From positions 96,001 to 160,000 of the IMG/VR virus record IMGVR_UViG_3300050156_000143: 64,000 nucleotides of DNA; one strand, 5' to 3'. The number at the start of each line of letters is the position of its first letter. Position 1 is the first letter of the stretch. The DNA comes from a virus. Lineage: Duplodnaviria; Caudoviricetes. A program made the translations under genes and the position numbers. The notes beneath the pieces are model-generated. The model worked only from the letters and a program-made list of their open reading frames with translations. It was not told the DNA's origin and did no database searches. Shown here piece by piece: positions 12,301 through 22,263 of the stretch.

Positions 12301-12636
12301 TGTGTTGCGTTTTGGGGTGTATCCCACCAATGACGCCAGCTTGACCACAGAGTCACGGCGCTCTGCTGTATCAATAAACGATTCCCGAGAATTCATCTCG
12401 TTGCGATATGCAATCGATTGTCCCATGAACGCAATAACATTAAGTAGCGCCATGTACTCAGAACTATCCACATAATCATTGAACGTTTCTGGGTTATATT
12501 GCTGCAAATAATCGATAAAGGTTTGCCGCAAAGTCTCGAAGTCATAACTTTGGAAATCGGCCTGGCTAAACGTTTTGTACAACGTTTTCCAATCATTTGG
12601 GCCAACGAGATTTGTTATTCTGGAAGTGGTGGTCAT
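9349..12636 (-). CDS. gp6: Baseplate wedge subunit, T4 gp6-like
   Basis: N-terminal FQSYDFETLRQTFIDYL...NDYVDSSEY...ESFIDTAERRDSVVKLASLVGYTPKR pattern typical of gp6/BaseplateJ; 1095 aa. Confidence 0.9.
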   Translation of the reverse strand: MTTTSRITNLVGPNDWKTLYKTFSQADFQSYDFETLRQTFIDYLQQYNPETFNDYVDSSEYMALLNVIAFMGQSIAYRNEMNSRESFIDTAERRDSVVKLASLVGYTPKRNTNAQGLLKVTSIKTSETITDINGYSLSGVSIIWNDPANPDWREQMNAVINAALPSSQRIGRPSASNTVLGIKTDEYTLNTPTINPQFRYTSIVDGDNMTFELVSGSVNGGAIREQDPTPQTKFTVLYRSDKLGFGSANTGYFIAFKQGTLSNYEFTIDQAVENTSIDVDIQGINESDIWLYSLDQSGNASEKWTQVDDLYSVVDSRTSYRVTSRANDQITLQFGDGTFCDTPSGSFIVYVRSSNAQKYSIEPSEMQNIQVSIPYISRSNRAEALLVSLSLTQIVNNANTRESLADIKHRAPTHYYTQHRMVNGEDYNVFPQTVFSSIVKSKAVNRASIGVSRNLDLLDPTAKYSSAKVMATDGLLYKDDSDTDTILTITDANQVSEFFSTTLKTLISSQRLTQHYHSVYPRYTPTLSGAGSYNNNATWNRSSVTSDTTTGYFYNITGVPGDFTNVPYAVGAYSSTELKYVQKNALIKFVAPSGYHFDENNFIVSGSPSATDKPCVWATVLSVSGDGFNGGLGNLSTGAGPITLSGFVPSTAIVDEIDPYLTPEISSDLIQTSITKIALGQDFYLTYDNSAAPTSEKWAITSTATQYIAKFENLGDSQYKVTTKGLTYVYASESQVRFAYSDGTVIDKSGQYLKDTIHLYASNMRQNGSQFGNQYALSVVGHVDSQLGISDDFFVEVAAYQNKLYTNPDLFGFITSETSSVYFDSVTDSDSLIRTVPINSSTVASTFTSLAEINVGKYDYPVGQIFYTGSAFYTTDANYSVTTVTTMSAKIGKDGLAFLYNHIAPANSRINPGTSNIIDMYIVTSAYLSAYTDYLLDSTGKISAPVVPSAQELSVAYGGLDAYKMASDTIAFNCVKFKPLFGPKANSALQATFKVIKPINSTVGDGDIKSSLIKYVNEYFDIAEWDFGDTFYFSELSAYLHAKMGTMVGSIVLEPVSGTFGDLYEIKSAPNEIFVNAATTDNVKIITTLSGSLTR

Positions 12637-12642
12637 GTTTTT

Positions 12643-13050
12643 TCAATATTCCGATAGTGTCATGGTTGCCGGATTCAACGCAACTCGCATAAATGCAGGT
12701 TGGTTAAATGGAGACACCGCATATTCTATAGTTAGGGTTATGGTTTTTTCCTCAAACACGCTCACCACACTGTTGACTATCAATCTTTCATCTTGCGCAG
12801 CCATGCGTTTAACCTCGGCCACAATTTGTTCATTGGTGATGGCATCATTTTGTTCAAACGTGAACGACCATAGTGTTGTGCCCTTGCTTGGATCACCTAC
12901 CACCTGACCTTGTGGAATTAAGAGAGAATTCAAAAAATCCCGTTTTACTAATTCCACATCGGTTAGCCCAAATTTATTAGTCGGTGGGGTGTAAGGTTGG
13001 CCCAATTGCGCAGAAGACCGCTGTGTTGAAAATCCTTTGTATAAAGCCAT
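12643..13050 (-). CDS. gp25: Baseplate wedge subunit, gp25-like
   Basis: YKGFST...LTDVELVKRDFLN...GQVVGDPSKGTTLWSFTFE...DERL pattern; between gp5 and gp6. Confidence 0.85.
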   Translation of the reverse strand: MALYKGFSTQRSSAQLGQPYTPPTNKFGLTDVELVKRDFLNSLLIPQGQVVGDPSKGTTLWSFTFEQNDAITNEQIVAEVKRMAAQDERLIVNSVVSVFEEKTITLTIEYAVSPFNQPAFMRVALNPATMTLSEY

Positions 13051-13053
13051 ATA

Positions 13054-15213
13054 TCACACCTTTGGAGGTTGAACTTTTGAATCAATTGCCCCGCGAATAT
13101 CCCCAGTCTGGGATTCACTGACCACCGTGTTTGAGGCCGATGGGGGCGATTTTGGGCCTAGGCCAAATGAGCTAACCAATTTATCAAATTTTGCAGTAGC
13201 ACTTTCTAGTAACCCAGATGCGGACAATTTTATGGGCTGATTTGCGTCTAGTTTTGGTGGAGTGATAGATTGTGGGAGTTTGGCACTATTTGCCAAAGAG
13301 CCGATTTTTGCAGTATTTCCTAACTCAGTTGTGCGTTCTGACCCGCCGATCGACTTTATTGCGTCCGTGATCGATCCACCCGTTTTCGACAATGTGTTAT
13401 TCAGTTCTGAAGCAACCGATGACCCATGCACGCTTGGGTTTGCATACTGACTAAGAGACGTGCCTGCCGTGCCACTAAACACACTAGAGGGCATTTTTTG
13501 CGATGCTAGGTTACTGGTGTTTTTATTGATCAAATCTGCTGTTCCCGGCTTGATCGCCCCAGATTTTTCGAGTGTTGACGGGCTAGCGCCAATAACACCG
13601 ATTGTCACACTTTTGGTTGATACTGGATTAATTGGAGGGTTGGATGACACCGTGGCCACCGTAGCACTCAAATCACTTGATGAAACAGATGACGGAGAAG
13701 CTGAAACCACGGTGGGAACGGTGGCAACAACTCCTGGCGACGGTTGATCCACCGTGGCACTCGACGTTGGCGCAGCAGTCGAACTAGCAGCTTTTACTAA
13801 GTTAACCTTTACGTCCACGCCCTTGCTCAATTCTTCCCAGGGATGATGGGCAGGAGCGCGGGAGGTAATAGTTTCGAGACCACCCGGTTTTGGCACGTAA
13901 CCTGATGGTGTATAAACGGTATCACTAACTGAAAATGGTTTGAACGATTTGACGTCAGGTGGAGTCAATCCTATGCTGCCAGTGTTCAAACACACTTTGC
14001 TGCCGTTGATGAACGTTTTCCCAGATGATGCAAATCCCGCATCCCCGTTCGATGAAAATGCCATTGATCCACCAACTTTGATGGTAGTGTTTTTGACCGA
14101 ATATGCGGCAAAGTTTTCTGCACGTATGGAATACGTTTTACTCGACTGTGTATTAATATCTTGAGCAAACATGTTCAATTTCCTACCCGCGTGCATGTTG
14201 ATATCACGATCTGCGTGCATATTAATATCACCTTGCGATCTGGCGTTGATTGAGTTCATCGAATACATGTCAATCGTGCCTTCTTTGCCAAATTCAACCC
14301 ACGATTTTCCACTGGCATGAATGATGCACATTATATCCTCCGAGTCGTTCATCATGATTTGATGCCCAGAACTGGTGCGCAATCTGATAAGCTGATCTTT
14401 TCCGTCTATTGCCCCGTCATCTAATACAAAAGTGTGCCCAGCACGCCTTGCGACCACTCGCAGATTTTCATCATTTGCGCCACTGGCCTTTTGCTGTATA
14501 TTTTCATCAGTATACCCACCGTTATAAACAGGTCGTCCAGGCGTGCTGATGCCAAATACACGGGAAGGGGACTCTCTTGCGGCACTGCTTGAAATCGGGC
14601 CACGCACCGTGTCACGCACCAATCCCTGCTTGTGAAACGTGGCAGCAGCATAGCTATGCACTGGGCGAGCCTTTCCGTTAAAATCCCCTGATGCTGAAAT
14701 CTCTTTGTTATCAAAGTTGAGTTCAGCTACGGGCAGAGTGCCAGCACCCCCGTACAAACCAGATTCCCCAGATGTAACGATCACCGATGATGATGCACCA
14801 ACAGCAGGCACCATATGATTTTGCCCAATACTAGGCACACACCCAATATAATATCCAAAATTTATATCACCGTTTACGAAAATGCACACCACTGTGGTTC
14901 CGATGTCTGGGGGTGTTGCCCACATTCCGTATGACTGTGGGTTTGACACATAATCCCCGTTGGACTCCGGTGAAGCGGCATTTGGTGTTGACCCAAAAAA
15001 TGGACTCATGTAATCCACTTTGATCCAATTGTTGCTATCATTTTCATCAGCGGTGCCTGAATCTGCCAAATGGACTTGCAATCTCCCCATTCGGGCTGGG
15101 TCAATGTTGTTTTTCACAATACCCAACACGGGTGCGTTATATTGAACCGATCCTGTGTTGTCACTTTTGAATTGCGCAGGTGCAGATTTTAGTTTTTTTA
15201 CATCATCACTCAT
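13054..15213 (-). CDS. gp5: Baseplate central spike, gp5/VgrG-like (OB-fold plus beta-helix), no lysozyme domain, S/T/A/P-rich C-terminal extension
   Basis: GIVKNNIDPARMGRLQV, YGMWATPPDIGTTVVCIF, GHTFVLDDG...IRLRTSSGHQIMMND...SWVEFGKEGTIDMYS. Confidence 0.85.
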   Translation of the reverse strand: MSDDVKKLKSAPAQFKSDNTGSVQYNAPVLGIVKNNIDPARMGRLQVHLADSGTADENDSNNWIKVDYMSPFFGSTPNAASPESNGDYVSNPQSYGMWATPPDIGTTVVCIFVNGDINFGYYIGCVPSIGQNHMVPAVGASSSVIVTSGESGLYGGAGTLPVAELNFDNKEISASGDFNGKARPVHSYAAATFHKQGLVRDTVRGPISSSAARESPSRVFGISTPGRPVYNGGYTDENIQQKASGANDENLRVVARRAGHTFVLDDGAIDGKDQLIRLRTSSGHQIMMNDSEDIMCIIHASGKSWVEFGKEGTIDMYSMNSINARSQGDINMHADRDINMHAGRKLNMFAQDINTQSSKTYSIRAENFAAYSVKNTTIKVGGSMAFSSNGDAGFASSGKTFINGSKVCLNTGSIGLTPPDVKSFKPFSVSDTVYTPSGYVPKPGGLETITSRAPAHHPWEELSKGVDVKVNLVKAASSTAAPTSSATVDQPSPGVVATVPTVVSASPSSVSSSDLSATVATVSSNPPINPVSTKSVTIGVIGASPSTLEKSGAIKPGTADLINKNTSNLASQKMPSSVFSGTAGTSLSQYANPSVHGSSVASELNNTLSKTGGSITDAIKSIGGSERTTELGNTAKIGSLANSAKLPQSITPPKLDANQPIKLSASGLLESATAKFDKLVSSFGLGPKSPPSASNTVVSESQTGDIRGAIDSKVQPPKV

Positions 15214-15215
15214 GT

Positions 15216-17147
15216 TTAGCCCTTTTCCGTGACCTTAGAAACCACGGTTTTTTTCACCGGTTTTTTCACTGTTGTGGTTCTTGGTTGTGTTGGCGTAGTT
15301 TCAGACAACGTTTGCTCCAATGAAGTCCACACTAAGTCGAATTCTTGAGTAAACTTGCCATGAAAAAACGTGCTAGTCACCTTGTTAACGATGAACACAA
15401 TACCAGAGACTTTCGCTGCTTTATTATAATTAAAAAATCTAATATCCCGGTCAACCGTCATGGTGCCACTCGTCATTGAATAATCAACACCTTGATTAAA
15501 CGCGATTTCAATAAAAATCGCACCAGCCGTTGGATTCATGGCATATGAATCTTTGCCTGAAACTAAATTGCGCACCAGATAATCAGGATCGCCCATGATC
15601 GACAATCTTGCACTAAAATAGTCGCTCGGTGATTGTAAACTTGTTTTAACAGCGTTTACCGAGTTTGGTTGGTTTTTTTGTCCACCGCTGCGATTTCCGC
15701 CTGGGGGTAAGTCGGCTTTCGGTTGGTTTGCGGCAATTTGGTTCGTAGAATTTGCATCAACGCCAGCAGTAAAATACAAGTTGTTAAAAGTTTGTTCATA
15801 AGACAGTATCTCAGTGTTTCTCCCGGTAAACCAATAATCATACCGTTTGAACGGGCCTGTATATTTCGACGGATTGGTTACGTATGATGATTTAACATAT
15901 GGAGTAGTGTACGGCTGTATGGTGAAAGTTGTGTTATACGCATAATCAGACAAGACTTCATCAAACCCGAGCACTGTGATCGAGGGTATTACCGAAAACC
16001 ACCTAAATTGGGTTGGGGATTGATTGGTCTGGGTTGCACCAGAAGATTCCAAATTACTAGATTCGGTTTTTGATAGTGCATTTTTAATGTATGCACTGTG
16101 CGCAACAATTTGCTCCAACACATTAGCCAAATGTGTCCCAGTGGAAAATGCCAATACTCGTGAGCCATGCTTGGTTGTACTGTTTTTGGGTGCTGCGCCA
16201 TCGTTTGATTCAATAGTCTTTCCGATGGCTGACATGGGCGCCATTTTCTTAAATGATGATAACTCGGCGTCAGATAATAATTTTGAAGATGGGATATCAG
16301 TGCCAACAAACTTAACGGAAAACGTGTTTGCTATAGTTTTTTTACCAGGCGCACGACGCTTTACTTCACGAGCTGACTCCTGAGCGTTAAGCTGTGGAAT
16401 AAGTCCGTTAGCACCTTTTGCTACCCCATTGACAACATCTTGCACCGTGGCCCCGGATAGAGAAACCTTTGAAATCAAAACCCCTCTTTTTACCCCTTGA
16501 CTGACTCTCAGATTGGTGGTTTCTGCTTCTATATCATACCCAACCATGTGACCGTCCAGTTTGAATTTCATGGACATAAACGTTATGGGATACAGTCGCT
16601 CCAAAATATCACCGGGCCTGATAGACTTTCCAGTTAATATTTTCCCGGCATCGTCGTATCCCACAAATTTCAAGCCAATTGCATAATGTTGATCCAATAC
16701 CCGTATTTGCGATGATATTCCTGGCAATTTGGATGTTTGCTGAACCTTCGCCGCAGCTTGTGTCAATTTGGTGGTAAACGATGCTCCATACGGTTCATAT
16801 ACCTTGAATCGAAACTTGAGAGACATGGGATTCGACGATTCGGTAGCCTGTGCTGAAACAAATGTTTCAAACGTAAGGTCGTCGATGAAGAAATCAGTGT
16901 CGAATCCAGGTGCTCGTTTATTTTGACCAGCATTGTTTATCCCGCCTGATTGCGCCACCAGATAAAACCCGGATGATTCGACGGGAACCACACTACCCAT
17001 TTGTTCAGCGGTGTAATATAGATTGGCCGCCTCTGGACTAATCATATAAAGAGAAATAATATATGTGTAACTCGCAAATTTCCCCAACGGATTGGGATTA
17101 GTTGCAGTAATGGCCTGGGTGGTAGTTTTAACGGCATCATCGTTCAT
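15216..17147 (-). CDS. Probable baseplate hub protein (gp27-like)
   Basis: Between gp53 and gp5; C-terminal IMGDPDYL...VNKVTSTFFHGKFTQEFDL resembles hub/late-control-D proteins. Confidence 0.55.
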   Translation of the reverse strand: MNDDAVKTTTQAITATNPNPLGKFASYTYIISLYMISPEAANLYYTAEQMGSVVPVESSGFYLVAQSGGINNAGQNKRAPGFDTDFFIDDLTFETFVSAQATESSNPMSLKFRFKVYEPYGASFTTKLTQAAAKVQQTSKLPGISSQIRVLDQHYAIGLKFVGYDDAGKILTGKSIRPGDILERLYPITFMSMKFKLDGHMVGYDIEAETTNLRVSQGVKRGVLISKVSLSGATVQDVVNGVAKGANGLIPQLNAQESAREVKRRAPGKKTIANTFSVKFVGTDIPSSKLLSDAELSSFKKMAPMSAIGKTIESNDGAAPKNSTTKHGSRVLAFSTGTHLANVLEQIVAHSAYIKNALSKTESSNLESSGATQTNQSPTQFRWFSVIPSITVLGFDEVLSDYAYNTTFTIQPYTTPYVKSSYVTNPSKYTGPFKRYDYWFTGRNTEILSYEQTFNNLYFTAGVDANSTNQIAANQPKADLPPGGNRSGGQKNQPNSVNAVKTSLQSPSDYFSARLSIMGDPDYLVRNLVSGKDSYAMNPTAGAIFIEIAFNQGVDYSMTSGTMTVDRDIRFFNYNKAAKVSGIVFIVNKVTSTFFHGKFTQEFDLVWTSLEQTLSETTPTQPRTTTVKKPVKKTVVSKVTEKG

Positions 17148-17148
17148 A

Positions 17149-17448
17149 TTAGAACCCCAGCGCCGCCTTCAACGTGTTGATGTCAGGTATAAAGATAGTG
17201 GTGCCACTAGTGAAGTCAAACAGCGGATCGTCCAATTTGTTAGGATTCCGGTGAGAAAATATCCACCACAGCGCGGCATCACCATACAAATCGAATGCGA
17301 GTAAATCTGGGCGGTGGTTAAATGCTGGAGTAATTGTCCACACAGTATCAGTAGACAGGGATGGAAAATCTCTGTAATCCAATGAGTCCAATACGCCATT
17401 GGTGACACCGGTCGTGCAATATGGGCTGGTGCGTGGGTACATTACCAA
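17149..17448 (-). CDS. gp53: Baseplate wedge subunit, gp53-like
   Basis: HRPDLLAFDLYGDAALWWIF...DPLFDFTSGTTIFIP LysM-like gp53 signature. Confidence 0.85.
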   Translation of the reverse strand: MVMYPRTSPYCTTGVTNGVLDSLDYRDFPSLSTDTVWTITPAFNHRPDLLAFDLYGDAALWWIFSHRNPNKLDDPLFDFTSGTTIFIPDINTLKAALGF

Positions 17449-18239
17449 ATCCCCTTGGAGTTCAATTTGCCACTAGAATACTCAGTCAGGCTGAATACAT
17501 TGCTCATGGCGTCACGAGAAATAATTGGCAAGCACTGTATTTGCATCGACATTTTGGTTGGGATGTATGTTGCAGAACTTGAAGCCAAACTCGCAGTAGC
17601 ATATTCTTGAAATAGTGGTGGAGGAGGTTTTCCACCAGCAGCCAAATTTGCCCCAGTCAATCTAGACAGAATACTTGAAAAAAACCCTTCTTTGGCAGTA
17701 TTACTCGAAGCCGCTGTAGCATTGGTATAAATTTTGTCTGATTTGCACCTAATGTAATCCACATCATTGGGGTAAGTTGGCGAAAAGTTGGTGATCACAA
17801 GTGGGTGATTGTTGAACTGCAACGGGCCAAGGCCAGACAAAAAACATAGAGGAGGTGGAGTTCCGTTTTGGGGATTGCTGTCTTGACCATAAAACATCTT
17901 GGTCAACGATTTGAAAAAAAACATTGTTGCCAAGACATATTCCGCTTCAGCAGTGTCTTGTGCAGTGAAATCACACGTTATTGATACCTGGCCCACATCA
18001 CTGTTTTTATACTGGTATAGCTTATAGTTTGAATGCGTTAAATCAGTCGCGTCGTAATTTGCGGAATACGATACGGTAATCTGGGGAGTATACGGAAAAA
18101 TCACACCATTGGTCTCAACCAAGGGGTATAACACATGCGAGCTAGTGATTCCAGGGGATTTGTATAAGTAGTTTGCTTCTGGTGCGAGTTTTAGGCGCAC
18201 TCGCCAATCTGCCTGGTGCGTATCCGTTTGAGTATCCAT
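17442..18239 (-). CDS. Baseplate/tail-tube initiator, gp48/gp54-like
   Basis: GVIFPYTPQI...SITCDFTAQ...PPPLCFLSGLG...HPLVITNFS tube-fold pattern; first gene of baseplate operon. Confidence 0.65.
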   Translation of the reverse strand: MDTQTDTHQADWRVRLKLAPEANYLYKSPGITSSHVLYPLVETNGVIFPYTPQITVSYSANYDATDLTHSNYKLYQYKNSDVGQVSITCDFTAQDTAEAEYVLATMFFFKSLTKMFYGQDSNPQNGTPPPLCFLSGLGPLQFNNHPLVITNFSPTYPNDVDYIRCKSDKIYTNATAASSNTAKEGFFSSILSRLTGANLAAGGKPPPPLFQEYATASLASSSATYIPTKMSMQIQCLPIISRDAMSNVFSLTEYSSGKLNSKGIW

Positions 18240-18296
18240 ATCATATTTAGTGAGTGGATTTTGGGGGTTATGTTATAATTTACCCAAAGGATTACA

Positions 18297-19112
18297 ATGT
18301 CAACTCAACGCAAGCCCGTAAATTACCTCAACAACGCAGATTTACTCAGAGAAATTCACGCCAGTAAACGCACGTATTGTGCGTATCTTGATGGTATGTA
18401 TGATTATGATGCCATCGTGCATGCAGTTGATGTGCCACCATCAGATTGGCCCTCACTGATTACACCAGACGTACTCGAACTCGCAATCAAAACTCGCGCA
18501 GCGAGGTTAAACACTACTGAGGTCGAACCGTCTGAGCTAGTGTTCAGAATGATGACCTGGGAACATATTCCACTCGTGCCAACCCCACCTAGCAAATCAG
18601 CGAAGAAAACCCTTGCGCAACAAACGTTTGAACAATCTGAGGAAGAAATTGCAACAGAAGAAGTGGTGAAAGAGCAACGCGCCCGTGTGAATTTTCCACC
18701 ATTTCAACAAATTCGTTTAACACCCGAGTCGGTTGAGGTGGTGGCCAAATCGCATTGGCGAGGTGATCTAGACGGTGGAATGTTCTGTTCAGATCATGGT
18801 ACACTCACCAATGCGTTGGCCAAGATGTTCATAACCTTGTGCCAACGTTATGCGAGCAAGTATAATTTCCGTGGTTACAGCTACAATGATGAACTAGTCG
18901 GCAGCGCCATTTTGCAATTAACATATGTTGGGTTACGTTTCAATGAGGCAAAGTCTGCAAACCCGTTTGCATTTTTCACTACAGTGATGAGCAATGCGTT
19001 TAAACGGGTGTTAGTCATCGAGAAAAAGTCGCAAACAATACGCGATGATCTAATGGAAATGAGTAATTTAAACCCTAGTTGGTCAAGAACCAATATATTT
19101 TCCGAGGAGTGA
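18297..19112 (+). CDS. gp55: Late-transcription sigma factor, T4 gp55-like
   Basis: VNYLNNADLLREI; YASKYNFRGYSYNDELVGSAILQL...FNEAKSANPFAFFTTVMSNAFKR; precedes gp47-gp46 as in T4-like phages. Confidence 0.9.
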   Translation: MSTQRKPVNYLNNADLLREIHASKRTYCAYLDGMYDYDAIVHAVDVPPSDWPSLITPDVLELAIKTRAARLNTTEVEPSELVFRMMTWEHIPLVPTPPSKSAKKTLAQQTFEQSEEEIATEEVVKEQRARVNFPPFQQIRLTPESVEVVAKSHWRGDLDGGMFCSDHGTLTNALAKMFITLCQRYASKYNFRGYSYNDELVGSAILQLTYVGLRFNEAKSANPFAFFTTVMSNAFKRVLVIEKKSQTIRDDLMEMSNLNPSWSRTNIFSEE

Positions 19113-19120
19113 TTTTTACC

Positions 19121-20128
19121 TTGAATTTGTTCAAAAAAGCTGCAATCTGTACAGATTTGCACGTGGGTCTAAAGTCAAATTCAGTGACCCACAACGAAGA
19201 CTGCTTAAATTTCATCACATGGTTTTGTGACACTGCGAAACAAACTGGCTGTGAAACTTGTTTATTTTTGGGAGATTGGCATCATCACCGTGCAACCATC
19301 AACGTGTTATCTCTAGGATATTCCGCCAAATGTTTGGACATTTTGAGTAAAACGTTTGATGTAGTTTACTTGCTCATCGGGAATCACGATTTGTATTTCC
19401 GTGATAAACGGGACACTCACTCCATGATTTGGGCAAAACAGTATCCGAACATCGTGCTAATCAATGAGGTGACGGAAATTGGCGATGTTACGTTGGTGCC
19501 GTGGTTAGTCCAGAATGAATACGAAGGTTTGGCCAAAAAGTCCAGCAAATACTTATTTGGCCACCTTGAACTCCCACATTTCTTCATGAATTCACTGGTA
19601 GTGATGCCAGATCATGGCGGACTCAATTTGGATCACATCACCAACTATGAGCAAGTGTTTTCTGGGCACTTTCATAAGAGGCAATTCAAGAAAAATGTTT
19701 GCTATGTTGGGAACTGTTTTCCGCATAATTTCGCAGATGTTGGCGATGATGAACGTGGGATGGGCATATTAGAATGGGGCAAACCCATTGAGTTCAAATC
19801 TTGGCCTGGGCAGCCTGTATTCAGGAATTATAAACTAAGCACAATTCTAGACAATCCCGGATTATTGTTGCCAAATTCTCACATCAAGGTTGATTTGGAT
19901 ATTGGTATATCATATGACGAAGCATTGTTCATCCGTGAACAACTGATTCCAGAATATTGTCTACGGGAAATGTCGCTGATACAGCCAAAAACGTTCGATT
20001 CGACTTTGGGAGAGTTTGACAAAATAGACAACGAACCCACTGAGCAAATTATTCACGCACAGATAGCAAGTGTACAGAGCGACTTTTTCGACCCAGCCTT
20101 GCTATTGGAAATTTACCACGCACTATGA
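19121..20128 (+). CDS. gp47: Recombination endonuclease subunit, gp47 (Mre11/SbcD-like)
   Basis: TDLHVG, FLGDWHH, IGNHD, GHLE, SGHFH metallophosphoesterase motifs; probable TTG start 19121 after GAGGAG. Confidence 0.92.
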   Translation: MNLFKKAAICTDLHVGLKSNSVTHNEDCLNFITWFCDTAKQTGCETCLFLGDWHHHRATINVLSLGYSAKCLDILSKTFDVVYLLIGNHDLYFRDKRDTHSMIWAKQYPNIVLINEVTEIGDVTLVPWLVQNEYEGLAKKSSKYLFGHLELPHFFMNSLVVMPDHGGLNLDHITNYEQVFSGHFHKRQFKKNVCYVGNCFPHNFADVGDDERGMGILEWGKPIEFKSWPGQPVFRNYKLSTILDNPGLLLPNSHIKVDLDIGISYDEALFIREQLIPEYCLREMSLIQPKTFDSTLGEFDKIDNEPTEQIIHAQIASVQSDFFDPALLLEIYHAL

Positions 20129-22185
20129 TCCAGTTTAATACCTTAACGTTAAAGAACTTTTTACTCATTGGGCAACTCACCCAAACTATCAACCTGAACA
20201 AATCAGATTTGACCCTCATTTTGGGGGACAATTTGGACATGGGGGGCGATGGTTCTAGAAACGGGGCTGGCAAGAGCACAATTTTTCAAGGACTTAGCTA
20301 TGTCTTATTTGGAAAACCACTCACCAGTATTCGCAAAGATTTGCTCATCAATCGCACCAATACTAGAAACATGTTGGTCACACTGGATTTCACGATTGGA
20401 TCAAAAAAGTATCGCATTGAGAGGGGAAGAAAGCCCAATGTGTTTCGGTTTGAGGTGGATGGGCACGATAAATCCGACAAAAACGATGCCCAGGGCGATA
20501 GTCGTGAAACTCAAGCTGCAATTGAACAAGAACTGAACATGAGCCACGAAATGTTCAAACAAATTGTGGCACTCAACACCTACAACACCCCATTCCTGGA
20601 AATGCCGGTGAGTGAACAACGTGCCATCATTGAGCAACTATTGGGTATCACCATGCTCAGTGAAAAGGCAAAACTCCTGAAAGATAAAATCAAAGAAACC
20701 GCTGATGTGGTGTTATCAGAAGAGTTTCGCATCAAAGGGGTGGTGGAAGCCAATAAGCGAATTGTTGAACAAATCGAGAGTCTAAAAGTTCGTCAGGCCG
20801 CTTGGAAAACAAAATCGCAGTCAGATTTAGCAACGCTGTTGGCACGGCATGATGTCATGTCAGAACTAGCCGTTGATTCCGAGCTACAAGCCCATCAGTT
20901 GAAAAAAACGATAACGGAATACAGTCAAAACCATCGTCGTTACAAAGATGCGGTAACGATGAGTTCAAAATGGCAACGCACGCATGCAGCGGATATTACC
21001 AAAGCCGAGAATCAACTAACCAAACTGCGCGAACTTGACATTAAGTCAGAACTAGAAAATCATGAAAAACTGGCTGAGTACAATAAAGCAGTTTCAGAGC
21101 AACAAGACATTGATTCTAAGATCACTAAACTCACTAAAGAGCTGTCCAAGGAAGAAAAGAATTTAGCCAAGTTAATCACAGAGGTAGATTCATTATCAGA
21201 CCATCGTTGTTACGCCTGTGGGCAATCCTTCCACGATTCTGGACATAATGCAGTATTACGAGCCAAACAAACTGCACTAGCCGATGCGAAACGAGTGGTT
21301 TCAGAATGTTCCCAACAGTTGGGAACTTTGAAGGCCATTGTGTTCGATATAGGGGCAAAACCCGTCACTCATTATGCTTCCATCACCGATGCGACCATGC
21401 ACCAAATGAGTGTCACGAATGCGCAAACTAAGTTGAGTGATTTGGGGGTATTGGAAAATCCCCATGAAAAAATGGTAGAGAGTTTGCAGCAATTTGCTGC
21501 GCCACCTGTATCTCTACCCGTGACTTATTACGATAATGAGACCGATGCAATTGCCCACCGAGAAAAGTTGGAACACCTTGAATTCCAAATTTTGGAGAAA
21601 AGTGTAGAAACTGATCCATACGCTGAACAGTTGGAGGATATGAACACAAACGCACTCCAGGTGGTGGACTATGCAAAAATGAATGAAATGACGCGGTTGG
21701 TGGATCACCAAAAGTTTTTGCTCGATTTGTTAGTTAACAAAGACTCATTCATTAGAAAGCGCATCATCGATCAAAATTTGTCACATTTGAATTCAAGACT
21801 GACTCACTATCTTGACAAAATCGGGTTACCGCATAAAGTAGTATTCTTGAATGATCTGAGTGTCGAAATTACTGAATTTGGTCGAGACTTAGACTATGGG
21901 AATTTGAGTCGGGGAGAATCCAATAGGCTAATTTTGGCGCTTAGTTTCGCATTTAGAGATATTTGGGAATCGATTTATTCACCGATTAACATCGTATGTG
22001 TGGACGAACTCATTGATTCCGGGCTGGACATTGTGGGGGTCGAAAATGCACTAGCAATGCTCAAAGACATGACACACACACGGGGAAAATCGTGTTGGCT
22101 CATTAGCCACCGAGAAGAACTTGCGGGTCGAGTGCAGCACATTGTCAAGGCCGTTAAACAAAACGGGTTTGGAAGCTATACCTGA
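20125..22185 (+). CDS. gp46: Recombination ATPase subunit, gp46 (Rad50/SbcC-like)
   Basis: Walker A NGAGKS, coiled coil with CYACG zinc hook, LSRGE signature, VDELIDSGLD Walker B, ISHR. Confidence 0.93.
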   Translation: MIQFNTLTLKNFLLIGQLTQTINLNKSDLTLILGDNLDMGGDGSRNGAGKSTIFQGLSYVLFGKPLTSIRKDLLINRTNTRNMLVTLDFTIGSKKYRIERGRKPNVFRFEVDGHDKSDKNDAQGDSRETQAAIEQELNMSHEMFKQIVALNTYNTPFLEMPVSEQRAIIEQLLGITMLSEKAKLLKDKIKETADVVLSEEFRIKGVVEANKRIVEQIESLKVRQAAWKTKSQSDLATLLARHDVMSELAVDSELQAHQLKKTITEYSQNHRRYKDAVTMSSKWQRTHAADITKAENQLTKLRELDIKSELENHEKLAEYNKAVSEQQDIDSKITKLTKELSKEEKNLAKLITEVDSLSDHRCYACGQSFHDSGHNAVLRAKQTALADAKRVVSECSQQLGTLKAIVFDIGAKPVTHYASITDATMHQMSVTNAQTKLSDLGVLENPHEKMVESLQQFAAPPVSLPVTYYDNETDAIAHREKLEHLEFQILEKSVETDPYAEQLEDMNTNALQVVDYAKMNEMTRLVDHQKFLLDLLVNKDSFIRKRIIDQNLSHLNSRLTHYLDKIGLPHKVVFLNDLSVEITEFGRDLDYGNLSRGESNRLILALSFAFRDIWESIYSPINIVCVDELIDSGLDIVGVENALAMLKDMTHTRGKSCWLISHREELAGRVQHIVKAVKQNGFGSYT

Positions 22186-22201
22186 CCGTTTTACTCTGGT
22201 T

Positions 22202-22231
22202 TTGCCAGGTTTGGAGAAGTTGTTGTACACT
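22202..22231 (+). promoter_or_regulatory. Sigma70-like early promoter TTGCCA-18-TACACT
   Basis: Direct motif upstream of SD AGGAG and gene 22264. Confidence 0.6.
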
Positions 22232-22263
22232 GTGTTCATCAACATAGTTTTTAGGAGACCCAC